NCBI GenBank assembly: GCA_963724765.1
Contig: CAVRVY010000004.1
Coordinates: 640,001 to 704,000 of the forward strand
Origin: an uncultured delta proteobacterium
Lineage (GTDB): Bacteria > Desulfobacterota > Binatia > Binatales > Binataceae
DNA length: 64,000 nucleotides
Direction: 5' to 3'
Both the position numbers and the translations under genes were made by a program. Below the pieces are notes generated by a model. The model had not been told where the DNA came from, ran no database searches, and saw only the letters and a list, made by a program, of their open reading frames with translations. Shown here piece by piece: positions 9,951 to 19,069 of this stretch; position 1 is the stretch's first letter, and each line of letters opens with the position of its first letter.

Positions 9951-10856
9951 GTGGCTGCGAATATCAAGCGGGTTTTGGCGAAGCTTGGCTGGATGCGCGA
10001 ACAGGGCATTTGGCCCAATGGCCTTCGCTATCTGTGGACGGATGCTTTCGGCGTCGTCCTCCTCGTTTCGCTTTACCACGAATTGGGCCGGCCGGAGTTC
10101 GTCGAACAAGCTGAGCGGGTAGTCGCCGACGTGGAGCATGTCCTGGGACGGGGACGCGGTCTGCGCATTGGCGAGGCTGCCGATCGCGATGGCCAGTACT
10201 TCCACTATCTCGCGATGTGGATGTACGCGCTGGGGTGCCTCGGCAACGTGATTCCGGAATACCGCGAAAGGGCGATTAGGCTGGTCGAGGACGTTCATTC
10301 CGCCTTCGTCATTCCCGGCCAGGGCGTCGTCTGGAAAATGCAGGAGGATCTGAGCGCACCCTATCCTGGCTTCGGACTCGGCTCGCTCGATCCGTTCCAC
10401 GGATACGTTGTTTACCGGCTACTCGATGAACGAGCGCTCGCCGAAGAGATCCGGCAAATGAAAACCATAGTTGACCGCAGTTATCGGGATCTGGTGATCA
10501 ATCAAGACCTTGGTCTTGGGATGATGCTTTGGATGACGCACTTCTTTCCCGAAGAACGTTGGGCACGCGTCCAGCGCGAGAGGAGTCTAGCGATACTTGA
10601 CCGGATGTGGATCGATCCGCCGGGCTATTTCTGTCGGGAGCCAGATGCACCGAAAGTCAAGTTTGCTTTTACCAACTACGGTGTGTCGCTTGGCCTGCAA
10701 TCGCGGGGTTGCTGGCCGGAGCGCGTCGCGCGCCTGAATTCGTTTTTCGAGGGATACCGTTCCGGAGATGACTACGACAAGGATGCGATTACGCACGTGA
10801 TGGCGTGCGTGTCGTACTTTCCAGGCCAATTTATTGTGCGACCAAGTCCGCAGTGA
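9951..10856 (+). CDS. Uncharacterised protein with RYLWTDAF motif (possible helical-barrel enzyme)
   Basis: 301-aa ORF with coding-like composition; motifs RYLWTDAFGV, GLRIG, DRDGQYFHYLAMW, WKM..DLS, FTNYG. Confidence 0.8.
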   Translation: MAANIKRVLAKLGWMREQGIWPNGLRYLWTDAFGVVLLVSLYHELGRPEFVEQAERVVADVEHVLGRGRGLRIGEAADRDGQYFHYLAMWMYALGCLGNVIPEYRERAIRLVEDVHSAFVIPGQGVVWKMQEDLSAPYPGFGLGSLDPFHGYVVYRLLDERALAEEIRQMKTIVDRSYRDLVINQDLGLGMMLWMTHFFPEERWARVQRERSLAILDRMWIDPPGYFCREPDAPKVKFAFTNYGVSLGLQSRGCWPERVARLNSFFEGYRSGDDYDKDAITHVMACVSYFPGQFIVRPSPQ

Positions 10857-11021
10857 ACACGCCAGCTGGTTTGGAGCGGACGGACCCTAGTTGAGGTGGA
10901 TGGCTGGGTCCAGTATGCGAGCCGGGAACGAGCTGCATCCAACGGACGCACAAATCCAGGGATAACTGTCGCTGTCGGCCGCGCACTTCGCTGATTCCGC
11001 GCTACCGTTGGACTATTGTTC

Positions 11022-11037
11022 GGGCATAGCCTTTGCG
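11022..11037 (+). promoter_or_regulatory. Sigma-54 promoter candidate for rtcB
   Basis: GGGCATAGCCTTTGCG ending 15 bp before ATG 11053. Confidence 0.55.
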
Positions 11038-11052
11038 CAGTTTCTTGTTTGG

Positions 11053-12489
11053 ATGAACCTGGTCAAGATAAACGATTTTCTCTGGGAGATTCCCAGGCAG
11101 GGGGCGATGTTGGTCCCGGGGCGGCTCTACGTAAGCGCCTCAATGCTGGAAGATCTCCGCGACGATCCCGCTTTGACCCAGGTCGCCAATGTCGCTTGCC
11201 TTCCTGGAATCGTGGGCTACTCGCTCGCTATGCCCGATGTTCACTGGGGTTATGGTTTTCCGATTGGTGGTGTCGCGGCGATCGATGCGCGCACTGGCGT
11301 GATCTCTCCGGGCGGAGTGGGCTATGACATCAATTGCGGCGTCCGCCTTGCCCGCACCAACCTTCGTTACAAGGAGGTGGCGCCAAAGGTCGACCGGCTC
11401 GCCGACGCACTTTTCAACGCCATCCCGGCCGGAGTGGGCTCCGAGGAGGCCATACCGAGCCTCGGTATCGAAGAACTGCGGCAGCTCGTTCGGGAAGGCG
11501 CCGAATGGACGCTCCGCCACGGTTACGCGACCCAGGAAGACCTCGACCAAACAGAAGAAGGCGGCCGTCTGCCGATGGCTCAACCGGAGAAGGTCAGCGA
11601 GCACGCCTACCAGCGTGGCCGTAAGCAACTCGGAACGTTGGGTTCAGGCAATCATTTTCTGGAGGTCAGCCGGGTCGACCAGATCTACCAGCCTCGCGTT
11701 GCCGAAGCGCTGGGGCTCGAACTTGGGCAGGTTACCCTCCTGATTCATTCCGGCTCCCGCGGGCTCGGCCATCAAACCTGCGAGGATTACCTGAAGATAA
11801 TCGGCTCTGCGATGGCAGAGTACGAGATTGTCCTTCCCGACCGCCAGCTTGCGGCCGTGCCTATCGCCTCGCAAGAGGGACAGGACTACCTGGGCGCGAT
11901 GGCAGCGGCGGCCAACTTCGCATGGTGCAACCGCCAGGTCATGATGCACCTGGCGACGAACGCCTTCATGGAGGCGCTCGGGATTAGTCGGCGCGAGCTG
12001 GGGCTCACGCTCATCTATGATGTTTGCCACAACATCGCAAAGTTCGAGGACCATGTCGTCGACGGGGTGAAGCGGGTCCTGTGCGTCCATCGCAAAGGAG
12101 CGACTCGTGCGTTCGGCCCGGGCCATCCGGAGCTCCCCAAGGCGTACCGGCACCTCGGCCAACCCGTTCTGATCCCGGGTGACATGGGACGTTATTCATT
12201 CGTGCTCATCGGGCTGGAGGGAGCGATGCGCGAAACGTTCGGCTCGTCATGCCACGGCGCGGGACGCTTGATGAGCCGCACCCAGGCAAAGCGCAAGGCG
12301 CGCGGCCGCGATCTCTTTGCGGAACTTGGAGCCATGGGCGTGACGGTCCGCGCACAGAGTCGGGCGGGCGTGGCCGAAGAGATGCCGGAATCCTACAAGG
12401 ATGTCGCTGAGGTAGTTGAGGTGCTCGAGGCCGCGCGGGTTACGCAGAGAGTTGCCAGACTCAAACCCTTCGCGGTAATCAAGGGTTGA
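11053..12489 (+). CDS. rtcB: RNA ligase RtcB (long archaeal/eukaryal-like type)
   Basis: MPDVHWGYGFPIGGV, GYDINCG, LGSGNHF, IHSGSRG, HNIA, HRKGAT, PGDMG, HGAGR all intact. Confidence 0.96.
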   Translation: MNLVKINDFLWEIPRQGAMLVPGRLYVSASMLEDLRDDPALTQVANVACLPGIVGYSLAMPDVHWGYGFPIGGVAAIDARTGVISPGGVGYDINCGVRLARTNLRYKEVAPKVDRLADALFNAIPAGVGSEEAIPSLGIEELRQLVREGAEWTLRHGYATQEDLDQTEEGGRLPMAQPEKVSEHAYQRGRKQLGTLGSGNHFLEVSRVDQIYQPRVAEALGLELGQVTLLIHSGSRGLGHQTCEDYLKIIGSAMAEYEIVLPDRQLAAVPIASQEGQDYLGAMAAAANFAWCNRQVMMHLATNAFMEALGISRRELGLTLIYDVCHNIAKFEDHVVDGVKRVLCVHRKGATRAFGPGHPELPKAYRHLGQPVLIPGDMGRYSFVLIGLEGAMRETFGSSCHGAGRLMSRTQAKRKARGRDLFAELGAMGVTVRAQSRAGVAEEMPESYKDVAEVVEVLEAARVTQRVARLKPFAVIKG

Positions 12490-12507
12490 AACGTCGGCGA
12501 ATGTGCC

Positions 12508-12710
12508 GTGAGGCCCGCGCAACACAACGCTGCCCGCGACCTCGTTGACCGCCATGATGCCGGTGCGGCAGTCGAACGTATCGCCGAAATTTACACCGCC
12601 GGCGCGCGCGTCATCCGCAACGCCTTCGCCGCATTTACTGAGGGCAGGTTCGCACCGCCTACCTTGCGATCGGCGCCCATCTGCACGTGGACGTGCCTAT
12701 CCTACAGCGT
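12508..12710 (+). pseudogene. amn: 5' remnant of AMP nucleosidase
   Basis: DAGAAVERIAEIYTAGARVIRNAFAAFTEG, then frameshifted RGRAYP, resembles the Amn N-terminus (D..AAV.RL.EIY....LR.AF..F..G...RA.YP). Confidence 0.5.
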
Positions 12711-12805
12711 GCTGCTCGAACCAGCCGCTTACGAATGACGCTAAATGCACCTTGATTTCTGCGGACGCTATTACGCGGGAGGAAACGGACGGGCCACAAG
12801 CTGAT

Positions 12806-13693
12806 ATGGTAGTCACTCGGCTAGCCGGCAGAGGAGAGGCCGCTCTGAACGCAGTGTTTAATCGCAATAGCGGAACCACCACTTTGGAGCCGAATGCCGA
12901 GCCGGCAATCGTCACTGAAGCGCTCACGCGTTGCTTTCGTGATCTCGTCGCCGTGGCTGATGTCTCGATGACCGTGCTGCATGGCGAGATCTTTGGCCTC
13001 ATCGGCCCAAACGGCGCCGGCAAGAGCACGCTAATCAAGATGTTGACCACCCTCCTGCCGCCTTCATCCGGAACCGCGCGGGTCGCCGGCTTTGACATCG
13101 TCGCACGGGCTGCCGAAGTGCGCCGGCGCATCGGATATGTTCCACAGTTCCTGTCCGCGGACCGATCGCTCACGGGCTACGAGAACATGCTCCTCTCTGC
13201 CCGCCTGTATGCGATTCCGCGGCGCGAGCGCGCGCAACGCATCGCCGACGCGCTTGCCGCGATGAATCTGACGGAGGTCGCCGACCGCCTGGTGCATCAC
13301 TACTCGGGCGGTATGATACGAGCGCTCGAAATCGCCCAGAGCATGCTGCATCGTCCGAAGGTCCTAATGATGGACGAACCCACCATCGGGCTTGATCCGA
13401 TGGCCCGGCGGGTGGTGCGGGATCGTGTCCGCGCCTTGCGCGAGACTCTCGGGATGACGATGCTTGTAACCACGCATGACATGGTAGAAGCGAACGAGCT
13501 CTGCGACCGTATCGCGCTGATGCACAACGGACGGATCGAGGTGGTTGGTTCACCGGCCGAGCTCAAGGCGCAAGTAGAGCCCGGGGCGACGCTCGACGAT
13601 GTCTTTGCGCACTTTATCGGCGTCGAGATCCAACCCGGCGGCGGATATACACAAGCGCAGCGCGCGCGGCAGAGCATCCGCGAGCATCGCTAA
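12806..13693 (+). CDS. ABC-2/DrrA-family ATP-binding protein
   Basis: GPNGAGKST, YSGGMIR, MDEPTIGLD, TTHDM; start uncertain (ATG 12806 or TTG 12884). Confidence 0.9.
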   Translation: MVVTRLAGRGEAALNAVFNRNSGTTTLEPNAEPAIVTEALTRCFRDLVAVADVSMTVLHGEIFGLIGPNGAGKSTLIKMLTTLLPPSSGTARVAGFDIVARAAEVRRRIGYVPQFLSADRSLTGYENMLLSARLYAIPRRERAQRIADALAAMNLTEVADRLVHHYSGGMIRALEIAQSMLHRPKVLMMDEPTIGLDPMARRVVRDRVRALRETLGMTMLVTTHDMVEANELCDRIALMHNGRIEVVGSPAELKAQVEPGATLDDVFAHFIGVEIQPGGGYTQAQRARQSIREHR

Positions 13694-13703
13694 AAAGGCT
13701 CCG

Positions 13704-14483
13704 ATGTCCGCAATCTCTGACTACGGCTGGCAAATCTTCGCCGTCTCTGATGCCGAAGTGCGCAAGCTGCGCCACGACTCCCTGGAGCTCGCGACCCGGG
13801 CGGTGCAGCCTGCACTATGGCTTCTCCTGTTTGGCCAGGTCATGGCCCAAGTCCGGGGAATCACCAGCGGAGGAACGCGCTACCTCGACTTTCTGGTGCC
13901 CGGCATCCTTGGGCAGAGCGTGCTGTTCGTGGCGATTTTTTACGGTATCAACACCATCTGGGAGCGGGATTTGGGCGTTCTGCACCGCTACCTGGTGAGC
14001 CCGGCGCCGCGCAGCGCGCTCGTGCTCGGCAAGGCCTTGTCGTCGACCGTTCGAGGGCTGTCGCAGGCGATCGTCGTTTACGTGCTGGCGCTGATTCTAG
14101 GCATCCAGGTGAGCTTTCAAGTTCGACACGTCCTCGGCGTGATCGTCTTCATCGCGCTCGGCGCAGCTCTCTTCTCTACCTTTTCGGTGATTGTGGCTTG
14201 CATCGTACGAACCCGGGAGCGGTTCCTAGGCATCGGGCAAGTGCTGACGATGCCCATCTTTTTCGCCAGCAACGCTATCTATCCCATCCGCCTGATGCCC
14301 CGCTGGCTGCAGGTTATCTCTCGCCTCAATCCGCTAACCTACGAAGTCGATGCACTGCGTGGGCTGATGCTTCCCACCACGACAAGCCGGATCGGACTCT
14401 CGACGGATAGCGCAGTGCTGGTGGCCACATTCGTTGTTCTCGTCGCGATTGCGGCGCGCCTTTACCCCAGAATGGGTGAATGA
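13704..14483 (+). CDS. ABC-2 type permease (DrrB-like)
   Basis: QPALWLLLFG, YLDFLVPGI, WERDLG, NPLTYEVDALRGLM; about six TMs. Confidence 0.9.
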   Translation: MSAISDYGWQIFAVSDAEVRKLRHDSLELATRAVQPALWLLLFGQVMAQVRGITSGGTRYLDFLVPGILGQSVLFVAIFYGINTIWERDLGVLHRYLVSPAPRSALVLGKALSSTVRGLSQAIVVYVLALILGIQVSFQVRHVLGVIVFIALGAALFSTFSVIVACIVRTRERFLGIGQVLTMPIFFASNAIYPIRLMPRWLQVISRLNPLTYEVDALRGLMLPTTTSRIGLSTDSAVLVATFVVLVAIAARLYPRMGE

Positions 14484-14858
14484 GTGCAGAGATAGCTGGA
14501 ATCGGTGGGGTCACTTCATAGGGGATACAGTGCGCAACAAGGGGGTCGCTCAGTACGAGGAGGCAAATCTTCCTTCACAACAAACTCTTAATCAGCCCGA
14601 GTTCGTCGCGTGTGAGACGCGGCAGAAGGAAGTGGCGCCGCACCGTGTTCGCGTCCGGCGCGTCCAAGTCGGCCACGTTCGCCGTAATGCCGCAAGCGCC
14701 TGCTCCTTCCCATCCGCAATTCATGCCGCTCCGAGCGGCGTTAGAAGCCCCTCGGCGCGGCCCCACGCGTCCAGACCCATGGTCCTTTCCTTCCGCCCGC
14801 TTTGGCGCTGTCCGCTTCGCGAATGGCCGCAAAGCGTGTAATGGAAACTGTTATCTGA

Positions 14859-15287
14859 CTAAGACCGAATAGTTAGTACCGGGCAAGTGGCGCTACGCAC
14901 CACCGCTTCCGCGACGCTGCCAAGCAACAGATGAGGGAGCCCGGATCGTCCGTGCGTGGCCATTACGATAAGATCGGCGCCAACCTCGTGAGCCGTGGCC
15001 AAGATGTTCTTTGGAATATGCGCGGCGAACGCAAGCTTGGTGTGGAGCTGATTTTTGATTCCGACTAACTCGGCGTCCGCTATCCTCTGAAGGCGCTGAC
15101 GAGCCGACAGGTCACGTTGGGGCTCAAGACTTTGAACGATTTCGGGCGCCGTTGGGATGATGGTGATGACATGCAACAGATGCAGCGTCGCATCCATCTG
15201 TGCCGCAAGCTGCGCCGCATGCTTCACGGCCGCGAGGGAATTCTCGTCAAAGTCGACCGGGCAAAGAACAGTCTGATAGCGGTGCAT
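14859..15287 (-). CDS. Universal stress protein
   Basis: LCPVDFDENS..LLHV; ADLIVMATHGRSG..LLGSVAEAVVRSATCPVLTI. Confidence 0.95.
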   Translation of the reverse strand: MHRYQTVLCPVDFDENSLAAVKHAAQLAAQMDATLHLLHVITIIPTAPEIVQSLEPQRDLSARQRLQRIADAELVGIKNQLHTKLAFAAHIPKNILATAHEVGADLIVMATHGRSGLPHLLLGSVAEAVVRSATCPVLTIRS

Positions 15288-15352
15288 TAAGCGTTCGCTT
15301 TCTCGGTTCTGCTGGTTCTGGATGATGATGTTGTGCCATCGGCGCGGCTCGT

Positions 15353-16969
15353 TTACATCGGAGCGACGGACTGCTTCAGCTCTTTTGGTTCGGGTAGCTC
15401 GGTCAGCGTCGCCTCGCTGAGCAAAAGCAGGCTCGCCACCGAAACCGCGTTCTCCAGTGCGACACGCACGACTTTGGTCGGATCGATTATTCCCTTCTCG
15501 ACCAGGTTCACGTATTCCTTGCGCGCCGCATCGAATCCCAGATCGCCCTTGCCGGTCCGCATCTGGTGCACTACCACGCCCCCATCGACCCCGGAGTTTT
15601 CAGCCAACTGACGGGTAGGGATCTCCAGCGCCCGCTTGAGTATCTGGAGCCCGGTACGTTCGTCGCCCTCGCATTTGCTTTCCTCGTTTTCCAGAGCATC
15701 GATCGCGCGCAGCAGAGCGAGCCCGCCGCCCGGGATGATTCCCTCGGCCACGGCGGCTTTGGTCGCGCTGATCGCATCGTCGAAAGCCTCCTTGCGGCTC
15801 TTCATTTCGGCCTCCGACGGCGCACCGACGCGAATAACCGCGACTCCGCCGGAGAGCTTGGCCAGTCGTTCCTGGAGTTTCTCTCTGTCGTAGTCGCTGG
15901 TCGTCTTGTCGATCAGCTGGCGGAGCTGCAGCTTGCGCCCTTCGATGGCGCGCTTGTCGCCAAGACCGCCGATTATCTTGGTCGTATCGTGGTCGACCAC
16001 CACACGCTTTGCCCTCCCAAGTTGCGCGAGGTCCAATGCTTCGAGCCGGGCACCGATCTCTTCCGAAGCGACGCGGCCACCAGTCAGGATGGCGATATCC
16101 TCAAGTATCTCCTTGCGCCGGTCGCCGAAGCCCGGCGCCTTGACGGCTACACAGCGCAACGCGCCGCGAAGCTTGTTCACCAGCAACGTCGCCAGGGCTT
16201 CACCTTCGATATCCTCGGCGATGAGGAGCAGCGCCTGTCCGGCCTGGACAATCTGCTCGAGCACATGGACCAGATCCTTCATCACGGTTATCTTGTGGTC
16301 CGTAAGCAGAATGACTGCATCTTCGAGCACCGCCTCCATTTTGTCGGGGTCGGTCACGAAGTATGGTGACACGTAACCACGGTCGAACTGCAAACCCTCG
16401 ACGACCTCGAGGTTGGTCTCGGTGGTTTTCGATTCCTCCACCGAAATGACACCATCGCCGCCGACCTTCTCCATCGCGTCGGCCACCAGCTCGCCCATCG
16501 CGGGCTCGTTATGCGCCGAAATCGTCGCGATCTGCATCTTCTCCAGCCGGCTCTTGACCGGGCGGGAAAGCGCACGCAGGCTCTCGACAGCAATTCGAAC
16601 ACTACGGTCGAGCCCACGCTTTATGTCGATTGCGCTCGCGCCCGCAGCGACGTTGCGCACTCCATCGGCGAAGATTGCTTCGGCCAGCATGGCGGAGGTG
16701 CTGGTACCGTCGCCCACGCTGTCTCCCGTACGCTCTGCGGCCTGACGAATCATCTGGGCCCCAAGGTTCTCTATCGCATCCTTGAGGTTGATCTCCTTGG
16801 CGATCGTCACGCCGTCGTTGCAAACCAGCGGCGGGCCGAACGAGCGCTGGATAAGCACACACTTCGATTTGGGCCCGAGCGTGATCCGAACCGCGTCGGC
16901 CAGTGCCTTTGCCCCGCGGAGCAGCTTCTCCCGCGCCTCCGAACTGAAAAAGAGCTGGGTGTGTTCCAT
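15353..16969 (-). CDS. groEL: Chaperonin GroEL paralog (no adjacent groES)
   Basis: TLGPK, NDGVTIAKEI, GDGTST, EGLQFDRGY, KAPGFGDRRK, LQERLAKLSGGVAVI, GIIDPTKVVR. Confidence 0.96.
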   Translation of the reverse strand: MEHTQLFFSSEAREKLLRGAKALADAVRITLGPKSKCVLIQRSFGPPLVCNDGVTIAKEINLKDAIENLGAQMIRQAAERTGDSVGDGTSTSAMLAEAIFADGVRNVAAGASAIDIKRGLDRSVRIAVESLRALSRPVKSRLEKMQIATISAHNEPAMGELVADAMEKVGGDGVISVEESKTTETNLEVVEGLQFDRGYVSPYFVTDPDKMEAVLEDAVILLTDHKITVMKDLVHVLEQIVQAGQALLLIAEDIEGEALATLLVNKLRGALRCVAVKAPGFGDRRKEILEDIAILTGGRVASEEIGARLEALDLAQLGRAKRVVVDHDTTKIIGGLGDKRAIEGRKLQLRQLIDKTTSDYDREKLQERLAKLSGGVAVIRVGAPSEAEMKSRKEAFDDAISATKAAVAEGIIPGGGLALLRAIDALENEESKCEGDERTGLQILKRALEIPTRQLAENSGVDGGVVVHQMRTGKGDLGFDAARKEYVNLVEKGIIDPTKVVRVALENAVSVASLLLLSEATLTELPEPKELKQSVAPM

Positions 16970-17048
16970 AAGAAGTTAACTCTCGAGAAATTGAGACTTC
17001 GCGATCAAACCAAGGGCCTCAACTGTTCAACAGCGCGCAGGCCGCGTG

Positions 17049-17306
17049 CTAGGGAGTCGCGCTATCCTCGATAAATTCTGCATAACAAGCCTCGCACAGC
17101 GGCGTTATTTCGCCGGCCTCGTCCAAAATGGCGATCACCTCACTCGCAGGCTCCTCACTTGCCTTCGTATGCGCCCGCGCGACCGCGCATGGCCCGCAAC
17201 CGAATGCCCTGCCGGTTTTGCTTTCGTATTTGCGAGCGATCGCGGCCTGTTCGAGATCACTAAGACCATCGAGCAGGACAGCTTTTGCGGCGTATTTTGT
17301 GGACAT
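17049..17306 (-). CDS. Small hypothetical protein with two CxxC motifs
   Basis: RBS GGAGG; CGPC and CEAC; co-oriented between hsp20 and groEL. Confidence 0.65.
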   Translation of the reverse strand: MSTKYAAKAVLLDGLSDLEQAAIARKYESKTGRAFGCGPCAVARAHTKASEEPASEVIAILDEAGEITPLCEACYAEFIEDSATP

Positions 17307-17417
17307 TCCCATTCCTCCGAGGCCGGCGGCTACGCGGATTATGCCGCTGAAAGTAGTGAGCACTCCAGAGTGACTAAACGCTTTGGAGTGCCCTTCAATG
17401 GTTTGTCGCCGGTCAGC

Positions 17418-17855
17418 TCAATGCGCTGCTTCGAGCGGAATCTTCTTGGCCCCCACCTCCTTGGCGATAGGCATCGTGACCTCGACGACTCCGTTCTTGA
17501 ACGTGGCCTTGATCTTATCGGTCTGGGCTCCCTCGGGCAGAGTCGTGTGGCGCTCGAACGCGCCGTACGAAACCTCACGTCGGAAGTAGTTTTCCTTTTT
17601 CACTTCCTGTTTGTCTTTGCGCTCGCCCTTGATCATCAGGACGTTTCCAAGCACACTCACGTCGATATCCTTAGGATCGAGCCCCGGCACGTCCGCGCGA
17701 ACGACCACGTTCCCGTCCTTGACGTAGCTCTCGATGGGCAGCTTAAGTTCGCCCTCTTCCTCGAAGTCCTCGAAGAACCGTGGGAACCGAGTCTCGAAGC
17801 GCCGCGCCCAGCGCTCGAGGTCCGAAAACGGCCGCCATGGTTGTAGTTCTCGCAT
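17418..17855 (-). CDS. Hsp20/alpha-crystallin small heat-shock protein
   Basis: ADVPGLDPKDIDV, IKGERK, REVSYGAFER, ATFKNGVVEV, C-terminal IPL. Confidence 0.95.
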   Translation of the reverse strand: MRELQPWRPFSDLERWARRFETRFPRFFEDFEEEGELKLPIESYVKDGNVVVRADVPGLDPKDIDVSVLGNVLMIKGERKDKQEVKKENYFRREVSYGAFERHTTLPEGAQTDKIKATFKNGVVEVTMPIAKEVGAKKIPLEAAH

Positions 17856-17908
17856 CGTCGTCTCTCCATTTCTCTTTTTTTTTGAGTAGGGCCTGCGCCC
17901 AACTGCGG

Positions 17909-17924
17909 AGCAATCATCGGGCCA
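17909..17924 (-). promoter_or_regulatory. Sigma-54 promoter candidate for hsp20-ZnF-groEL-usp
   Basis: TGGCCCGATGATTGCT. Confidence 0.7.
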
Positions 17925-18073
17925 ATGAATCAACCGCATAGCCATCACATCTACTAGTTAAAAGTCGCACACTCCGGGGCGCGTGCTTCCGATCGACGCA
18001 CAGCCGAACAAGCCGGCTGTGTCCGATCGCACCACGGGAAATTCTGATTTCGGCCGATTGCAAGGCAATTGTA

Positions 18074-18089
18074 TGGCGCGTCTCTTGCG
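18074..18089 (+). promoter_or_regulatory. Sigma-54 promoter candidate for zinc-ribbon gene
   Basis: TGGCGCGTCTCTTGCG. Confidence 0.65.
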
Positions 18090-18150
18090 TCATAGTGGCG
18101 CGTCAAAGCCTTTGCAGGCGGCTCGGATCGATTCCTGAGAGGGCGACTCG

Positions 18151-18375
18151 ATGGCAAACCAGAACCCGATAACGTGTTCGCACTGCGGAAGCAGGAACAT
18201 GCATCTCGGCGAACGCGCAGAGGGCGGCATAAACGCCTACTGCGCCCGTTGCGGTATGCTTGCAAAGGAGTGCGCGCCTACTTTCTGCGGGCGCTGCGGC
18301 AAAAAAGTCGCCGAAGAGTTACTCGATCGTCACTATTTTTGCGCGCAGTGCCACGATCTTCCGTCCGCCGCCTAG
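18151..18375 (+). CDS. Small double zinc-ribbon protein
   Basis: 74 aa with four CxxC (CSHC, CARC, CGRC, CAQC); RBS GAGAGGG. Confidence 0.75.
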   Translation: MANQNPITCSHCGSRNMHLGERAEGGINAYCARCGMLAKECAPTFCGRCGKKVAEELLDRHYFCAQCHDLPSAA

Positions 18376-18494
18376 GCGGTGCGCTTTTTCTTAATCCGTG
18401 GGTTTGAAGAATGCACCGTCGGGGTCATCGCCGCTTCTGATGATTACGTTTCGTCTTCCTAGGCAGCCTGGTTCTTCGACGCCTCTAAGGCATA

Positions 18495-18965
18495 TCAAGC
18501 AGAGCCGGTCCGACGATGCGGCCGACAAATCCCCGCCAGCGTGCGCCCAACCTCGGCGTCGCAAACCTCGGGCTGCCATCCGCCGCGCGTGCGCTGAGCT
18601 TCGCGCGCGATGTCGTTGATGGAAATGATACCGACGAGGACGCCCTGATCATTTACGACTGGCAGACGCCTGACCTGGTTGTCATGCATCAATGCCTCTG
18701 CCGTCCTCAGGTCATCGCTCGCCCTACACGAGACAACATTGTGTGCCATCACGCTGGCAACGGCGATTTCAAAAAGCGGCCTTCGCTGTGTATATGCCGC
18801 CATACAAATATCGCGATCGGTCAACATCCCGACCGCGTGGCCGTCATCGCCGGCCACCGGCACGCATCCGCAATTGTTCTCCCACATAATCTGTGCGGCG
18901 GCGCTGAGTGCATCGTCATGCCCACAGACCTTGACGTCGGGGGTCATAACTCTTCGGACTTCCAT
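18495..18965 (-). CDS. CBS-pair protein (Hrp1/Rv2626c-like)
   Basis: VMTPDV, CGCVPV, GMLTDRDI, QVRRLPVV, GIISINDI; RBS AGAGG before ATG 18965. Confidence 0.92.
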   Translation of the reverse strand: MEVRRVMTPDVKVCGHDDALSAAAQIMWENNCGCVPVAGDDGHAVGMLTDRDICMAAYTQRRPLFEIAVASVMAHNVVSCRASDDLRTAEALMHDNQVRRLPVVNDQGVLVGIISINDIAREAQRTRGGWQPEVCDAEVGRTLAGICRPHRRTGSA

Positions 18966-19069
18966 GATTTTCCTCTTGCGACCCATGGGCAACATGGTGA
19001 ATCCTGCCGGATCTCACCGAAGAAAAGGTGCGAGCCCGGGGGCTCCCGTCCCGCGTGCGGCTATTTCGC

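Noticed and set aside
15566-16369. Long antisense ORFs over groEL, polX, acsA, prs, the ATPases and the kinase
   Set aside because: Shadow frames expected in GC-rich coding DNA; the opposite strand carries clear family motifs.
18340-18356. CAQCH as a c-type heme site
   Set aside because: No signal peptide; it is one of four CxxC pairs of a zinc ribbon.
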